From Clostridia bacterium (GTDB lineage: Bacteria > Bacillota > Clostridia > Oscillospirales > RGIG577), in contig JAFWDJ010000022.1 in assembly GCA_017513095.1 (NCBI GenBank), positions 44,755 through 108,754 of the forward strand: a stretch of 64,000 nucleotides of DNA. Reading direction: 5' to 3'. Below the pieces are notes generated by a model. The model searched no databases. It had not been told where the DNA came from and worked only from the letters and a program-made list of their open reading frames with translations. The position numbers were made by a program, and so were the translations under genes. Positions 1 to 8,561 of the stretch are shown piece after piece. Each line of letters opens with the position of its first letter. Positions within the stretch are counted from its first letter, which is position 1.

Positions 1-25
1 AATACTTCACAAGGGATAAAAAATT

Positions 26-946
26 ATGTCAACCGATCCGAAGGCCGTAACGGGCACTGTGTTCAATATTCAAAGGATGTCTGTAAACGACGGGCCGGGC
101 ATTCGCACGATCGTCTTTTTAAAGGGATGTCCGCTTCGCTGTCTGTGGTGCCATAACCCCGAATCGCAGTCGGCGCGCCCTGAGCTTTTCTACGTGCCGG
201 CGCGCTGCATCGGCTGCGGCGAATGCGTAAAGGTATGTCCCTCGGGCGTCCACGTTATGAGAGACGGCATACACGAGCTCGACCGCACGAACTGCACCGT
301 ATGCTTTAAATGCGTCGACGCCTGCGTGGGCGCGCTTGAGATAAGCGGCCGCACGATGAGCGCGGGCGAGGCCGTGGACGAGGTAAAAAAAGACAGGCTT
401 TTTTACGAAAAATCGGGCGGCGGCCTTACCGTTTCGGGCGGGGAGCCGACGTTTCAGGCGGATTTTACGCGGGCGCTTCTGTCGCTTGCCCGCGCGGAGG
501 GAATAAACACCTGCATCGAGACCGCCGGATTCTGCCCGGAGGATACGATAAAGAGCCTTGTGCCGCTCGTCGATCTCTTTTTATACGACATAAAGGAGAC
601 CGACTCCGCGCGCCACAGAGAGTATACGGGCGCGCCGCTTGAGCCGATTTTGCGAAATCTTAAGGTGATAGACGATATGGGCGCAAAAACGGTCATACGC
701 TGCCCCGTTATACCCGGATTTAACGACCGCGAGGAGCATTTCGCGGCCGTGGGAGAGCTTGCGTCGGGCCTTACGAACGTTATGGGCATAGACGTTATGG
801 CCTATCATCCGCTCGGAGAGAGCAAGGCCGCTTCCGTTGGGAAAAAGTACCCCCTTTCGGACGTTGCCATGCCCGCCGACGAGACGATCGCGCGCTGGAT
901 ATCGTCGATAGCCGCGCACACCGACGTACCCGTCAAACGCGGATAA
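26..946 (+). CDS. glycyl-radical enzyme activating protein (radical SAM activase, PflA/CutD-like)
   Basis: 306-aa ORF. Radical-SAM CxxxCxxC cluster in CPLRCLWCHNPES, two ferredoxin-type clusters (CIGCGECVKVCP; CTVCFKCVDAC), and a GGEPT motif. AAGGGA RBS lies upstream of the ATG. Confidence 0.9.
   Translation: MSTDPKAVTGTVFNIQRMSVNDGPGIRTIVFLKGCPLRCLWCHNPESQSARPELFYVPARCIGCGECVKVCPSGVHVMRDGIHELDRTNCTVCFKCVDACVGALEISGRTMSAGEAVDEVKKDRLFYEKSGGGLTVSGGEPTFQADFTRALLSLARAEGINTCIETAGFCPEDTIKSLVPLVDLFLYDIKETDSARHREYTGAPLEPILRNLKVIDDMGAKTVIRCPVIPGFNDREEHFAAVGELASGLTNVMGIDVMAYHPLGESKAASVGKKYPLSDVAMPADETIARWISSIAAHTDVPVKRG
524..946 (+). repeat. direct repeat copy 1 (last 423 nt of the activase gene, through its TAA)
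   Basis: Aligned by eye to 2151..2573: equal length, 8 substitutions in 423 nt. Homology begins at GCCGGATTCT and ends at the stop codon. Confidence 0.95.
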
Positions 947-953
947 CTTTTTG

Positions 954-993
954 CCGTGAAAGAGCCGAGAAAGGCTCTTTCACGGACTTTTTT
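954..993 (+). terminator. rho-independent terminator after the intact activase
   Basis: 13-bp stem CCGTGAAAGAGCC/GGCTCTTTCACGG with a 6-nt loop, followed by ACTTTTTTATTT. Confidence 0.75.
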
Positions 994-1297
994 ATTTGAT
1001 TTCCATTACATAAGAAGATTGGAGTGGCACGGGTTGTGATTTCACGCGGCATTATATCGTCTTTGCCAGCTTTGCTCTCAATCAGTCTTCTGCTTTTTTT
1101 ATAATGCCGCCAGTTTTCCTCGGATGATTGCCTATCTCATTCATTACTACTTCAACACATTCTTCATTTGTGAAAATACATCGATTAAGAGAAACTCTTT
1201 CAAAGTTATTGAGAAGCTCGGCTCTAAACTCAGCCTTAGATAGATTTAAATAATCCTTCAATTAAGACATCCATCCAACTATCGCTGTTTGTCTTAT

Positions 1298-1963
1298 TCA
1301 GATATTTTCACTCTTAGTAGTTATTTCTTCGTTACCATCAAAGGCTTGCGCACTTGCCTGTGCAATCATAACGTCATAATTCTGCACAATGAATTCCCGT
1401 TGTGCAGGAAGCTTCACCTTTGACATTCCTGCCTGATTAAGCTTTCCTTCACTATAAGTCATAATATAATCAATAGATTTCAGCAACTCATCCAAGGCAT
1501 GTCCAACTGCTCGCGGGTCAGAAGATGTATTTGCTATATCCTTGTAAATATCTATGCGTTCCAAATGGATATGTAACGCCTCAATTTCTTCTTGCGAAAG
1601 AATTCGTATTTCTTTTTCATGTTCTTTTGAAGAAGTACGTTCATGAAGCGTGTCGTGCCCGGCAATATGTGATTCTTTTTCTATAATAGTTGGCGATAGA
1701 TGATTCAAACGGGTATTTAAACTTCTAATTTCATTTTTTCGGCCTGCTGTGCTATTTTTTGCTTTTGTTTTCTTTTTACTTGCCGTTTTTTTCTTTCGTT
1801 TTTTTGATGGACCCATAAGAAATGCGTCTACAAGCTGCGAGCTGGCCTTGAGTAATCCTCCTATATCGGATCCTTTACGGCTCCGGTTTTTTGCCCTATA
1901 TAAATCTGACGCAGATATGAATTTCTTAGCCACTTTGTAAATCCCCCCTATCAACCGCTTCAT
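1298..1963 (-). CDS. hypothetical protein, Lys-rich N-terminal half, no recognisable family
   Basis: 221-aa ORF, the only long ORF in the AT-rich insert. It has a basic tract (KKRKKKTASKKKTKAK) and a helical acidic C-terminal half. No obvious Shine-Dalgarno precedes the ATG. Confidence 0.5.
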   Translation of the reverse strand: MKRLIGGIYKVAKKFISASDLYRAKNRSRKGSDIGGLLKASSQLVDAFLMGPSKKRKKKTASKKKTKAKNSTAGRKNEIRSLNTRLNHLSPTIIEKESHIAGHDTLHERTSSKEHEKEIRILSQEEIEALHIHLERIDIYKDIANTSSDPRAVGHALDELLKSIDYIMTYSEGKLNQAGMSKVKLPAQREFIVQNYDVMIAQASAQAFDGNEEITTKSENI

Positions 1964-2150
1964 TTTAGTTAGCTATCTATATGTATTTCGCCATGTATTT
2001 CGTCGCAACCGCGTAGGCATTCATTATATAAGATTATTATAAAAGTATATAATTCATATAACCTTATGCTTTATATTTAAAATACCATATGGCTACTGCA
2101 TTTTCAACTTTTTTTAAAAGTCGTCTCCCCCTTGACATGGGCCGTTTGAA

Positions 2151-2573
2151 GCCGGATTCTGCCCGGAGGATACGATAAAGAGCCTTGTGCCGCTCGTCGA
2201 TCTCTTTTTATACGACGTAAAGGAGACCGACTCCGCGCGCCACAGAGAGTATACGGGCGCGCCGCTTGAGCCGATTTTGCGAAGTCTTAAGGTGATAGAC
2301 GATATGGGCGCAAAAACGGTCATACGCTGCCCCGTTATACCCGGATTTAACGACCGCGAGGAGCATTTCGCGGCCGTGGGCAAGCTTGCGTCGGGCCTTA
2401 AGAACGTTATGGGCATAGACGTTATGGCGTATCATCCGCTCGGAGAGAGCAAGGCCGCCTCCGTGGGGAAAAAGTACCCCCTTTCGGACGTTGCCATGCC
2501 CGCCGACGAGACGATCGCGCGCTGGATATCGTCGATAGCCGCGCACACCGACGTACCCGTCAAACGCGGATAA
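2151..2573 (+). pseudogene. 5'-truncated duplicate of the activase gene (last ~141 codons only)
   Basis: 98% identical to 524..946. It lacks the radical-SAM N-terminus. The longest in-frame ORF (2187..2573, 128 aa) begins at a GTG with no RBS. Confidence 0.85.
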
Positions 2574-2590
2574 TAAAAGCCAATAATCAA

Positions 2591-2630
2591 AGAGATGCTT
2601 TGCAAATTTTGCAAAGCGTCTCTTTTTTCT
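2591..2630 (+). terminator. rho-independent terminator after the truncated activase copy
   Basis: 13-bp stem AGAGATGCTTTGC/GCAAAGCGTCTCT (one G-U pair) with a 7-nt loop, then TTTTTTCTCTTTTT. Confidence 0.75.
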
Positions 2631-2701
2631 CTTTTTCATTGAAAAAAGCGAGAAAAAAGAATATAATAATAAAGTTAAATAAAATTTTTACGGAGGCTGT
2701 T

Positions 2702-4093
2702 ATGGATTGCGCCTATAAGGAATATTTTGAAGGCTTAAAAGGGAAAAAGGTGGCGGTAATAGGTATCGGAATCTCGAACCTGCCGCTTATATATATGCTT
2801 CTGTCGTACGGCGCCGACGTCTGCGCGCGCGACAAAAAGTCGAAGGAGGCGCTTGGCGAAACGTATAACGAGCTTATACGCCGCGGCGCGCGCGTAGTTG
2901 CGGGCGACGATTATCTTTCGGACTTAAACGAGGAGATAATCTTTAAAACGCCCGGAATGCGCTACGACGTAAAGGAGCTTGTGCAGGCGCGAAAGAGAGG
3001 AAGCGCCGTGACGAGCGAGATGGAGGTCTTTATGGAGCTCTGCCCCGCGCGCGTTTTCGCGGTCACCGGCTCCGACGGAAAGACGACGACGACCACGCTC
3101 ATTTACGAAATGCTCAAAAAAGAGGGCTATACCTGCCATCTTGGCGGCAACATCGGCGCGCCGCTGCTTCCTAAGATAGCCGAGATAAAAAAAGAAGACA
3201 TGGTCGTTTTGGAGCTTTCGAGCTTTCAGCTTCAGACGATGAAAAAAAGCCCCGAGGCGGCGCTGATTACGAATATCACGCCTAATCATCTCGATTATCA
3301 CAAATCAATGGAGGAATACGTCGAGGCGAAGAAGCACGTGTATCTTTATCAGAAAGCCGGCGCGCGCCTCGTTTTGAACCGCGACAACAGTATAACCGAC
3401 GCGCTTTACGGCGAGATAGGCGAAGAATGCGAAAAGCTCGGCTTTTCGAAGAAGCTGCGCGGCGCGGACGGCGCGTATCTCGACGACGGCGATATCTATA
3501 TGATAAAAGACGGCAAAAAAACGCGCGTAATGAGCCGCGAAGACATATACCTTCCCGGTATGCACAACGTTGAGAATTACCTTGCGGCCATCGCCATGGT
3601 ATGGGGATACGTAACGCCGGAGAATATCGTTTACACGGCGCGAAACTTTACGGGCGTGCAGCACAGGATAGAGCCCGTAAGGGAGCTTCACGGCGTGCGC
3701 TATTACAACGATTCGATAGCCTCGAGCCCCACGAGAACGCTTGCGGGCCTCAATTCGTTCGACCAAAAGCTCATTCTTATCGCGGGCGGCTACGACAAGA
3801 ACCTCGATTACACCGTTATGGGCGACGTGCTTATTGAAAAGGTAAAGACGCTTGTGCTCACGGGAGCCACGGCGGGAAAAATAGAGGCGGCCGTAAGGGA
3901 GAACAAAAACTACAAAGGAAAGCCCGAAATAATCCGCGCGCAGAGCTTTAAGGACGCCGTGCTTGCGGCGCGGGACGCAGCAAAAGAGGGCGATATAGTC
4001 ATACTTTCGCCCGCTTCGGCAAGCTTTGATCTCTTTAAAAACTTTGAGGAAAGAGGAAACGAGTTTAAGCGTATCGTAAACGAATTAAACTGA
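2702..4093 (+). CDS. murD: UDP-N-acetylmuramoylalanine--D-glutamate ligase
   Basis: Same frame as track ORF 2600..4093, but 2600-2630 is the upstream terminator. The first ATG with an RBS (ACGGAGG) is 2702 (MDCAYKEYFEG). N-terminal GIGISN Rossmann motif and Mur-ligase P-loop VTGSDGKTTTT. Confidence 0.9.
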   Translation: MDCAYKEYFEGLKGKKVAVIGIGISNLPLIYMLLSYGADVCARDKKSKEALGETYNELIRRGARVVAGDDYLSDLNEEIIFKTPGMRYDVKELVQARKRGSAVTSEMEVFMELCPARVFAVTGSDGKTTTTTLIYEMLKKEGYTCHLGGNIGAPLLPKIAEIKKEDMVVLELSSFQLQTMKKSPEAALITNITPNHLDYHKSMEEYVEAKKHVYLYQKAGARLVLNRDNSITDALYGEIGEECEKLGFSKKLRGADGAYLDDGDIYMIKDGKKTRVMSREDIYLPGMHNVENYLAAIAMVWGYVTPENIVYTARNFTGVQHRIEPVRELHGVRYYNDSIASSPTRTLAGLNSFDQKLILIAGGYDKNLDYTVMGDVLIEKVKTLVLTGATAGKIEAAVRENKNYKGKPEIIRAQSFKDAVLAARDAAKEGDIVILSPASASFDLFKNFEERGNEFKRIVNELN

Positions 4094-4105
4094 CGCATAA
4101 CTGAT

Positions 4106-5143
4106 ATGAAAACAGACGAACTTCTTAAAATATTATGCAGTGCCGACGGCATATCGGGCTTTGAGGACGATACGGCCGCGCTTGCATCGGAGCTTCTTCG
4201 TGACGCGGGCGCGGACAGTGTTTACACCGACGCGCTCGGAAGCGTGCACGCCGTATTCGAGCCGCAGGGCGAGCCTGTGCGCACCGTGCTCCTTGACGCG
4301 CATATGGACGAGGTGGGCCTCATGGTCAGCGGCATATGCGACAACGGAATGCTGAAATTTGTAAGCATCGGCGGCATCGACGCGCGCGTTCTGCCCGCCA
4401 TGCGAGTGAAAATTCACGGCAGGCGCGACTATTTCGGCGTCATCACGAATCTGCCGCCGCATATCACAAGCTCGGCCGATTATAAAAAGGCCGTCCCGCC
4501 GGACGAGATGTTCATAGACGCGGGGCTTTCGCACGATGAGGCGTGCGAAAATATCGCCGTAGGCGACGCCGTAAGCTTTTTTACGCCCGCGGGTATGCTT
4601 TTAAACGAGCGGTATCTTTCAAAGGCGCTCGACGACCGTTCGGGCATGGCGGCGATAATGTACGCGTCGGAAAGGCTTCGCGGAAAGCTCGGGAGCACGC
4701 GCGTTCACGTGCTTTTTTCAACGCAGGAGGAGTTCTCGCTCTCCGGCGCGAGCGCGGGAGCGTACGCATCCGGGGCCGATATGTGCGTCTGCGTCGACGT
4801 GGGACACGCGAAAACGCCCGACTCAAAATCCGACGACACGTTCGAGCTTGCGGGCGGGCCGATGATCGGCGTCGCGCCGAGCCTTAAAAAAAGCATGTCG
4901 GACGAGCTTCGCGCGCTTGCCGAAACGCTTGGCATCGAGCATCAGATCGAGGTGATGGGCGGCTCGTCGGGCACGAACGCCTGGAGCATCGCCATCGCGG
5001 GGCGCGGCATACCGTGCGCTTTGATATCAATACCGCTTCGGTATATGCACACGGGCGCGGAAGCGGCCGCCGTTTCTGATATAACGGCCGTGGGCGAGCT
5101 TCTTTCAGAGTACGTTATGTCAAAGGATAAGGAGGGATCATGA
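4106..5143 (+). CDS. M42 family metallopeptidase (glutamyl aminopeptidase/TET/FrvX-like), paralog 1
   Basis: 345 aa. Motifs HMDEVG, ALDDRSG, TQEEF and RYMHT are typical of M42. Confidence 0.88.
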   Translation: MKTDELLKILCSADGISGFEDDTAALASELLRDAGADSVYTDALGSVHAVFEPQGEPVRTVLLDAHMDEVGLMVSGICDNGMLKFVSIGGIDARVLPAMRVKIHGRRDYFGVITNLPPHITSSADYKKAVPPDEMFIDAGLSHDEACENIAVGDAVSFFTPAGMLLNERYLSKALDDRSGMAAIMYASERLRGKLGSTRVHVLFSTQEEFSLSGASAGAYASGADMCVCVDVGHAKTPDSKSDDTFELAGGPMIGVAPSLKKSMSDELRALAETLGIEHQIEVMGGSSGTNAWSIAIAGRGIPCALISIPLRYMHTGAEAAAVSDITAVGELLSEYVMSKDKEGS

Positions 5144-6177
5144 CCGTGGAGCTTATAGAAACGCTGTGCCGCATCCCAGGGGTCACGGGAGACGAGGCGG
5201 CCGTTGCGGCTGAGATTGAGTGCCGCATGAGTACTGCGGGATGCGAGACCTCATATGATAAAATGGGCAATCTCATCGTAAAAAAGAAGGGAAAAATGCG
5301 CCCGAAAACGCCCGTGACGCTGTACGCGCACATGGACGAGGTAGGGCTTATCATATCGAAGATAGATAAGGACGGCTTTCTTCGCTTCAAGACCGTCGGG
5401 GGCATAGACCCGCGCGTGCTTTTATCAAAGACCGTGTTCGTAGGCGAAAAGCGCGTGCGCGGCGTTATCGGCGTAAAGGCCGTGCACCTTCAGACGAAGG
5501 AGGCGCGCGAAAAGGCGCCCGAGACGGATAAAATGTATATCGACATAGGCGCGCGCGACGAAGAGGACGCAAAAAACCACGTAAGATTGGGCGACTTTGC
5601 GTCCTTCGACGACGACATTGTATATTTCGGGCAGCGGCGCGTATGCGCGAAGGCGCTTGACGACCGCGCGGGCTGCGCCGCGATAATCGAGACGCTCTCG
5701 GGAGAGCTTTTATACGACGCGAAGGCCGTATTCACCGTGGGCGAGGAGATAGGCACGCGCGGCGCGCGCGTCGGCGCGGCAGAAGCCGACGGCGGCGTGG
5801 CTGTGATAATAGAGACGACGACGTGCGCCGATTTCGACGGCGTGCCGGAGAATAAAAAGGTCACGCGGCTGGGTGAGGGCCCCGCGATATCGTTTATCGA
5901 CAACTCAACGTTCTACGACCCGGCTCTCGTAAGATTCGCGCTCTCGTGCGCGACGGAGAACGATATTACGCATCAGGTGAAAAAGAGCGGCGCGGGCGGC
6001 AACGACGCGGGCGCGGTGTCGCAGGGCTTCGGCGGGCACAAGGTCTTAAGCGTGTCCATGCCGTGCCGGTATCTTCATTCGCCGTCGAGCGTTATATCGC
6101 TTGACGATTACGACAATACGAAGCGGCTCATCGCCGCGCTCATAATTAAATTGGGGGAACAGGGCTATGAATATTGA
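5140..6177 (+). CDS. M42 family metallopeptidase, paralog 2
   Basis: 345 aa. Motifs HMDEVG, ALDDRAG, GEEIG and RYLHSP. There is a 4-nt ATGA overlap with paralog 1. Confidence 0.88.
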   Translation: MTVELIETLCRIPGVTGDEAAVAAEIECRMSTAGCETSYDKMGNLIVKKKGKMRPKTPVTLYAHMDEVGLIISKIDKDGFLRFKTVGGIDPRVLLSKTVFVGEKRVRGVIGVKAVHLQTKEAREKAPETDKMYIDIGARDEEDAKNHVRLGDFASFDDDIVYFGQRRVCAKALDDRAGCAAIIETLSGELLYDAKAVFTVGEEIGTRGARVGAAEADGGVAVIIETTTCADFDGVPENKKVTRLGEGPAISFIDNSTFYDPALVRFALSCATENDITHQVKKSGAGGNDAGAVSQGFGGHKVLSVSMPCRYLHSPSSVISLDDYDNTKRLIAALIIKLGEQGYEY

Positions 6178-7156
6178 TACTTCGCTTTTATTAAAACTTT
6201 GCTCTGCCTTCGGCCCGTCGGGACATGAGGGCGGAATATCGGAGCTTATAGCGTCCGAGCTTCGCGGCCTTGCCGACGAGATTTATACGGACGCGCTCGG
6301 CAATCTCGTTGCAAGAAGGAAGGGCGCGGGAAAGCGCGTCATGCTGGCCGCTCATATGGACTCCGTGGGGCTTATCGTAACGAATATTACCGAGGACGGC
6401 TTTTTATACTGCGCGCCGGTTGGCGGCGTGTCGCCGTTTTACGCGCTTTCGGGATACGTCCGCTTCGAGTCGGGCGTGCGCGGCGTTATAATGTGCGGCA
6501 CAAAGACGAAGCGCGCGGAGCTGAAGCTTTCCGACATGTTCATAGACGTAGGCGCGCGCGACGAAAAGGAAGCGGCAGCTTTGGTAAACGTGGGCGACGC
6601 CTGCATTATAGAGCACGAGGGCTTTATACAGAACGGGCGCGTTTTTTCGAATTTTTTAGATGACCGCATCGGCTGCTTCGTGCTCATAGAGGCGTTCAAA
6701 CGCCTTAAAGAGACCGAAAACGACGTATATTTCGTATTCACCGTTCAGGAGGAGCTGGGGCTTCGCGGCGCGCGTGCCGTTTCGTATGCGATAGCGCCCG
6801 ACCTTGCGCTGAGCGTGGACGTTATGACGGCGCCCGATACGCCCGATTCGTCGGGGCACGGCCTTGTAATAGGCGGCGGCGTCGGAATAAAGGTAAAGGA
6901 CGGCTCCGTCATCACTCACAGAGAGGTGCGCATGAAACTTACCGACATAGCGCGCGAGTGCGGCATAAAGCATCAGCTGGAGGTGGCGCCCTCGGGCGGC
7001 ACGGACGCGGGCGCGATCCATGTAAGCCGCGCCGGAGTTAAAACGGGCGGCCTTTCCGTACCGTCGCGCTACACGCATTCGGCGGGCGAGTGCATAGACC
7101 TTGCGGACGCCGAGGCGGCGATAAGCCTTCTTTCCGAGTTTGCGGCAAGACAGTAA
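6167..7156 (+). CDS. M42 family metallopeptidase, paralog 3
   Basis: 329 aa. Motifs HMDSVG, FLDDRIG, VQEELG and RYTHS. There is an 11-nt overlap with paralog 2. Confidence 0.88.
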   Translation: MNIDTSLLLKLCSAFGPSGHEGGISELIASELRGLADEIYTDALGNLVARRKGAGKRVMLAAHMDSVGLIVTNITEDGFLYCAPVGGVSPFYALSGYVRFESGVRGVIMCGTKTKRAELKLSDMFIDVGARDEKEAAALVNVGDACIIEHEGFIQNGRVFSNFLDDRIGCFVLIEAFKRLKETENDVYFVFTVQEELGLRGARAVSYAIAPDLALSVDVMTAPDTPDSSGHGLVIGGGVGIKVKDGSVITHREVRMKLTDIARECGIKHQLEVAPSGGTDAGAIHVSRAGVKTGGLSVPSRYTHSAGECIDLADAEAAISLLSEFAARQ

Positions 7157-7209
7157 AAAATACAATAAAAATTCCGCGGCGGCGGGATTTTTATTTAAGG
7201 AGACCTTAC

Positions 7210-8472
7210 ATGTTTGAAATAGACGAAAAAGTAAAAAAGCTCTGCCGCGAAGCCGAGGAGAGCCTAAGTGAGCAGTTTTCGCGCATAGACGCGATTTGTA
7301 AATACAACACCGAAAAGGTGCATCACGCCTTTTATAAGAACCGCGTGAGCGAAACGCATTTCATCGGCACGACGGGATACGGATACTCGGACCGCGGCCG
7401 CGACGACCTTGACCGCGTTTACGCCGACGCCTTCGAATGTGAGGACGCGCTCGTGCGCCATTCGATAGTTTCGGGCACGCACGCGCTCGACGTTGCGCTT
7501 TTCGGCCTTCTTCGGCCCGGGAAAACGCTCCTTTCGATAACGGGAAAGCCCTACGACACGCTCGACGAGATAATAGGCATTGCGGGGAAAAAGGGGCAGG
7601 GCTCGCTTATAGACTTCGGCGTAAATTACAGGCAGGTGGAGCTTAAAGACGGCCGCATAGACACAGACGCGGCCATAGCCGCGATGGACGACTCCGTGAG
7701 CGTCGTATTCGTGCAGCGCTCGAAGGGCTACGCCTCCGACCGCCGGACGCTTACGTCTTGGGAAATAGGCGAAGCGGCGCGAAAAATAAAGGAAAAATAC
7801 CCGAACGCGGCCGTTTTAGTCGACAACTGCTACGGCGAATTCGTCGAGGAGCACGAGCCCGTTTATTACGGCGCGGACGTTATCGTAGGCTCGCTTATAA
7901 AGAACCCCGGCGGAAGCCTTGCGAAGGGCGGCGGATATATGGCGGGACGCGCCGATCTTATCGAGCTTATCTCGTACAGACTCACGTCGCCCGGAATCGG
8001 GCGCGAGGTGGGCGCGTCGATGGGTCAGAATCTCGATATGTACCGCGGCTTTTACATGGCGCCGCACATAACGGCGCAGGCGCTTAAAACGAGCGTATTC
8101 TGCGCCGAGGTTTACAGGCGGCTCGGCTTTTCGGTAAGTCCCGCGCCCGACGAAATAAGAAGCGACATAATCCTTGCGATAACGCTGGGAAGCGCCGAGC
8201 TTCTCTGCGCGTTCTGTCAGGGGATACAGATGGGCGCGCCCGTCGATTCGTTCGTAAGGCCCGAGCCGTGGGATATGCCCGGTTATCAGGATAAGGTCAT
8301 AATGGCGGCCGGCGCGTTCATACAGGGCGCGTCCATTGAGCTTTCCGCAGACGGCCCGATGAGGGAGCCGTTTATAGCGTACGTTCAGGGCGGCATAACG
8401 TGGGAGAGCGGGTATCTCGGCGTCATGCTTTCGGTCGAGAAGCTTTACTCCGAGGGACTTATAAAAATTTAA
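7210..8472 (+). CDS. methionine gamma-lyase family / aluminium-resistance (YnbB-like) PLP protein
   Basis: Track ORF 7090..8472 overlaps the preceding gene. The ATG at 7210 follows AAGGAGA (MFEIDEKVKKL). Its position just upstream of hflX matches the ynbB-hflX context known from Bacillus. Family assignment is from overall similarity recalled by eye. Confidence 0.75.
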   Translation: MFEIDEKVKKLCREAEESLSEQFSRIDAICKYNTEKVHHAFYKNRVSETHFIGTTGYGYSDRGRDDLDRVYADAFECEDALVRHSIVSGTHALDVALFGLLRPGKTLLSITGKPYDTLDEIIGIAGKKGQGSLIDFGVNYRQVELKDGRIDTDAAIAAMDDSVSVVFVQRSKGYASDRRTLTSWEIGEAARKIKEKYPNAAVLVDNCYGEFVEEHEPVYYGADVIVGSLIKNPGGSLAKGGGYMAGRADLIELISYRLTSPGIGREVGASMGQNLDMYRGFYMAPHITAQALKTSVFCAEVYRRLGFSVSPAPDEIRSDIILAITLGSAELLCAFCQGIQMGAPVDSFVRPEPWDMPGYQDKVIMAAGAFIQGASIELSADGPMREPFIAYVQGGITWESGYLGVMLSVEKLYSEGLIKI

Positions 8473-8561
8473 CGCGCGAAAAAAGTGTTTTTTGAGTGAA
8501 GCGGAGTATTAAATATATAGACGGGTATTTTTTAAGAGAATTTTTGATTTGAATTTATTTT

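Larger units (their letters stand above)
947..2150. other. AT-rich ~1.2-kb insertion between the two activase repeats (probable foreign DNA)
   Basis: Composition changes abruptly from GC-rich flanks to visibly AT-rich sequence. It is bounded exactly by the repeat edges and contains no recombinase. Confidence 0.7.

Noticed and set aside
2600-2701. N-terminal extension of murD as drawn in the ORF track (start at 2600).
   Set aside because: The first 30 nt are the 3' arm and T-tract of the upstream terminator, and the extension has no RBS. The ATG at 2702 has an RBS and yields a canonical MurD N-terminus. The same reasoning was applied to 7090 (ynbB-like), 22064 (thiM), 32224 (coaX), 41265 (nitroreductase), 46437 (RR) and 48805 (htrA).
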